DNA of 64,000 nt from Octopus sinensis (taxonomy: Eukaryota), in assembly GCF_006345805.1 (NCBI RefSeq), contig NC_042999.1, positions 116,994,001 through 117,058,000 on the forward strand. Reading direction: 5' to 3'. Below, piece after piece: positions 62,285 to 64,000 of this stretch. A program made the translations under genes and the position numbers. The notes beneath the pieces are model-generated. The model was not told where the DNA came from, did not search any database, and worked only from the letters and a program-made list of their open reading frames with translations. Within the stretch, counting starts at the first letter, position 1, and each line of letters starts with the position of its first letter.

Positions 62285-62411
62285 TGATGTCCTTGCAATT
62301 CAAAAGCAGTTCCCCTTCGGCCACCTATATCCCACACAATGATGGATTGGTCAAAACTACCAGAGAAGAGTAATTTTCTAGAGGAATCCCAACTCAGGCT
62401 ACGTACACTTC
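62285..62411 (-). CDS. WDFY2: WD repeat and FYVE domain protein, internal exon ([42 protein letters not shown])
   Basis: 127 bp, CAG/GTAAGT on the - strand; matches the recalled WDFY1/2 segment LFSGSxDxSxIxWDIGGRxGTAxELQGH. Confidence 0.95.
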
Positions 62412-62833
62412 CTGTTGACATTTGGAAAGAAAGGTTAAAAATAAAACCATGATTAAATAAAACTTTTTTTTTTTTGAAAATAGGGAATAATATTCAGCAT
62501 CTTATTGTGAACATTATCATCTGAAATCAATCTACTTTATCAAAAGATATCACATGACAAAGTTTTTTTTTGAGAGTTATAAGTGAGACTGACTGAAGAG
62601 GAAAGAAAGCTTTCCTATCTGCCTTCCTTTTTCTGTCAAGGGCTTATATGCCCCTCTATTAGACTATTTTCCTTAGTCATTGTGCAGTGATTGCCATAAG
62701 CTTTAAGAGCATCTGCTCGAAAAGTTAAACCATCATTCTTTCCTTTCCTGAGCGTCTGCTAATACATTACATGTACCACATCCTTGCATTTTTCTTTTTG
62801 TGTTTGTTCATTTTTGGATTTACAATATATATA

Positions 62834-64000
62834 TTTTAGGTTGTTTCACGTGAAATGTCGTATTTAAAAGGTAACAATAAAATGTTTCAGAAGTGTTAGA
62901 GAACTAATTTATTTAATCAAAGTATGTTTACCCAACGTTTCTCTATGTCATATATTCCATCTTCAAAAAAAAAAAAAAAATCATCATCTTTTGCTGTGAT
63001 AAACTGTCTGAACACTTCAATTATCTCTTCTCTATTTAAGAATGTTTTATTGCTTATGAAAAGCTCTAAATGCTTAAATAAGTATTGATCAGTAAGAGAG
63101 ATGTTAGGGAATAGGGAGGATGTTGCAAAATCTCATAATTCAGGCTTTGCAACTTTTGGACCATAGCTTGAGGAGTGTGAGGACATGCATTGTCTTGGAG
63201 CAAAATTGAGCCATCTCTATTCACTAGTCTGGGTGGCTTCTTTTTCAAATTCTCATGCATACAATCAATATGATGTTGCAGTTATTTTTTTCTTTATTGC
63301 AAAAATGAATAATGAATAACTCCCTTCGCAGACCACCATACAATGACCAATAACTTTTTAGGGTGCAATGGTGGGTCTGGGTAGTGTTTAGGTGACTCTC
63401 CTGTTCTCTAGCTGTTGTCAAAGAGCATTCATTTCTCATCACAAGTAATGATCTGAGGCAAAAATGGTCTTTTTCCAGTTGAGAAAGCAATAAGGAGCAC
63501 ACTTCGAGACATCTAGTTCAGTGGATATGGAGCAAAACATATCTGCTTTCTTGACTCTTACAGGTGTCCAAAAACAGTTGTGCAAGATGTTTGGAGTTTT
63601 GTTGAAAGTTTTTGAACCTTTATGCTCGGATTTTGTTCAACCAAAGCATCATGCCACATAACTGATTTTGGCCTTCCTACCCCTTGGTTTATTTTCAAGG
63701 CTATCATCTCCTGAATGAGAGTTTTGGAACCATCTCCGAGTAGTTCTGATGTCAACAAAACCATTACCCAAGGCCTGCTTGATATTCCGTAGAGCTTCTG
63801 CAGCAGAGTGACCCAGTTTGTACTCATACAAGAAAATCATTCATAGCTTGCTTGTTATCATTTTCATAAGGTCTATGGGTTGGGTATGAATTTTGTATAC
63901 CAATATTGTTGAGAAAGAAAAAGAGTCAAGATTATATGCAAGGTATACTTAACTGAGTGTTTTTAAATGACTGAAATAAATTAAAAATGCGACATTTCAT
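62834..64000 (-). mobile_element. Decayed mariner transposon, right TIR cut by the window edge
   Basis: HTH IFLYEYKLGHSAAEALRNI...RRWF (63649-63840); IITCDEK, VWWSAKGVIHY, LLQDNACPH and HPPYS motifs; left TIR TTAGGTTGTTTCACGTGAAATGTCG matches the window-end TGCGACATTTCAT. Confidence 0.9.

Noticed and set aside
62645-62762. Open ~37-codon - strand stretch ending ..EGHI as the next WDFY2 exon
   Set aside because: No similarity to the expected FDxxxxxxFxGDxSGxxxxLKL...GH segment and no GT donor; the real exon is probably beyond the window.
1-64000. CRISPR arrays, prokaryotic operons or defence systems
   Set aside because: The DNA is eukaryotic and spliceosomal; no regularly spaced repeat-spacer array was seen.

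Overview
AT-rich, microsatellite-laden, intron-rich animal DNA. The repeat families resemble those I recall from octopus (coleoid cephalopod) genomes; this is inferred from memory, not searched. Two convergent housekeeping genes could be assembled by hand from GT-AG exons. (1) A complete mannose-6-phosphate isomerase (MPI, + strand, 8 exons, 3711..45495, 1275 nt, 424 aa). (2) The 3' six exons of a WD40/FYVE protein (WDFY2-like, - strand, 62411..52097; the 5' exons lie beyond the window). The rest is intron or intergenic DNA filled with decayed RTE, CR1, L1/Tx1 and Penelope-like retroelements, tRNA-derived SINEs, mariner copies and hAT/piggyBac/Tc1 MITEs. Most ORFs in the supplied track are spurious. 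The most unusual structures are (a) two palindromic intronic elements carrying type I minimal hammerhead-ribozyme motifs, one with a tRNA-like Pol III head (26079..26581 and 35315..35712), and (b) a 2.67-kb TSD-flanked retroelement that encodes only a gag/ORF1-like CCHC protein (HAL1-like) and sits inside the tRNA head of a SINE (8886..11580).
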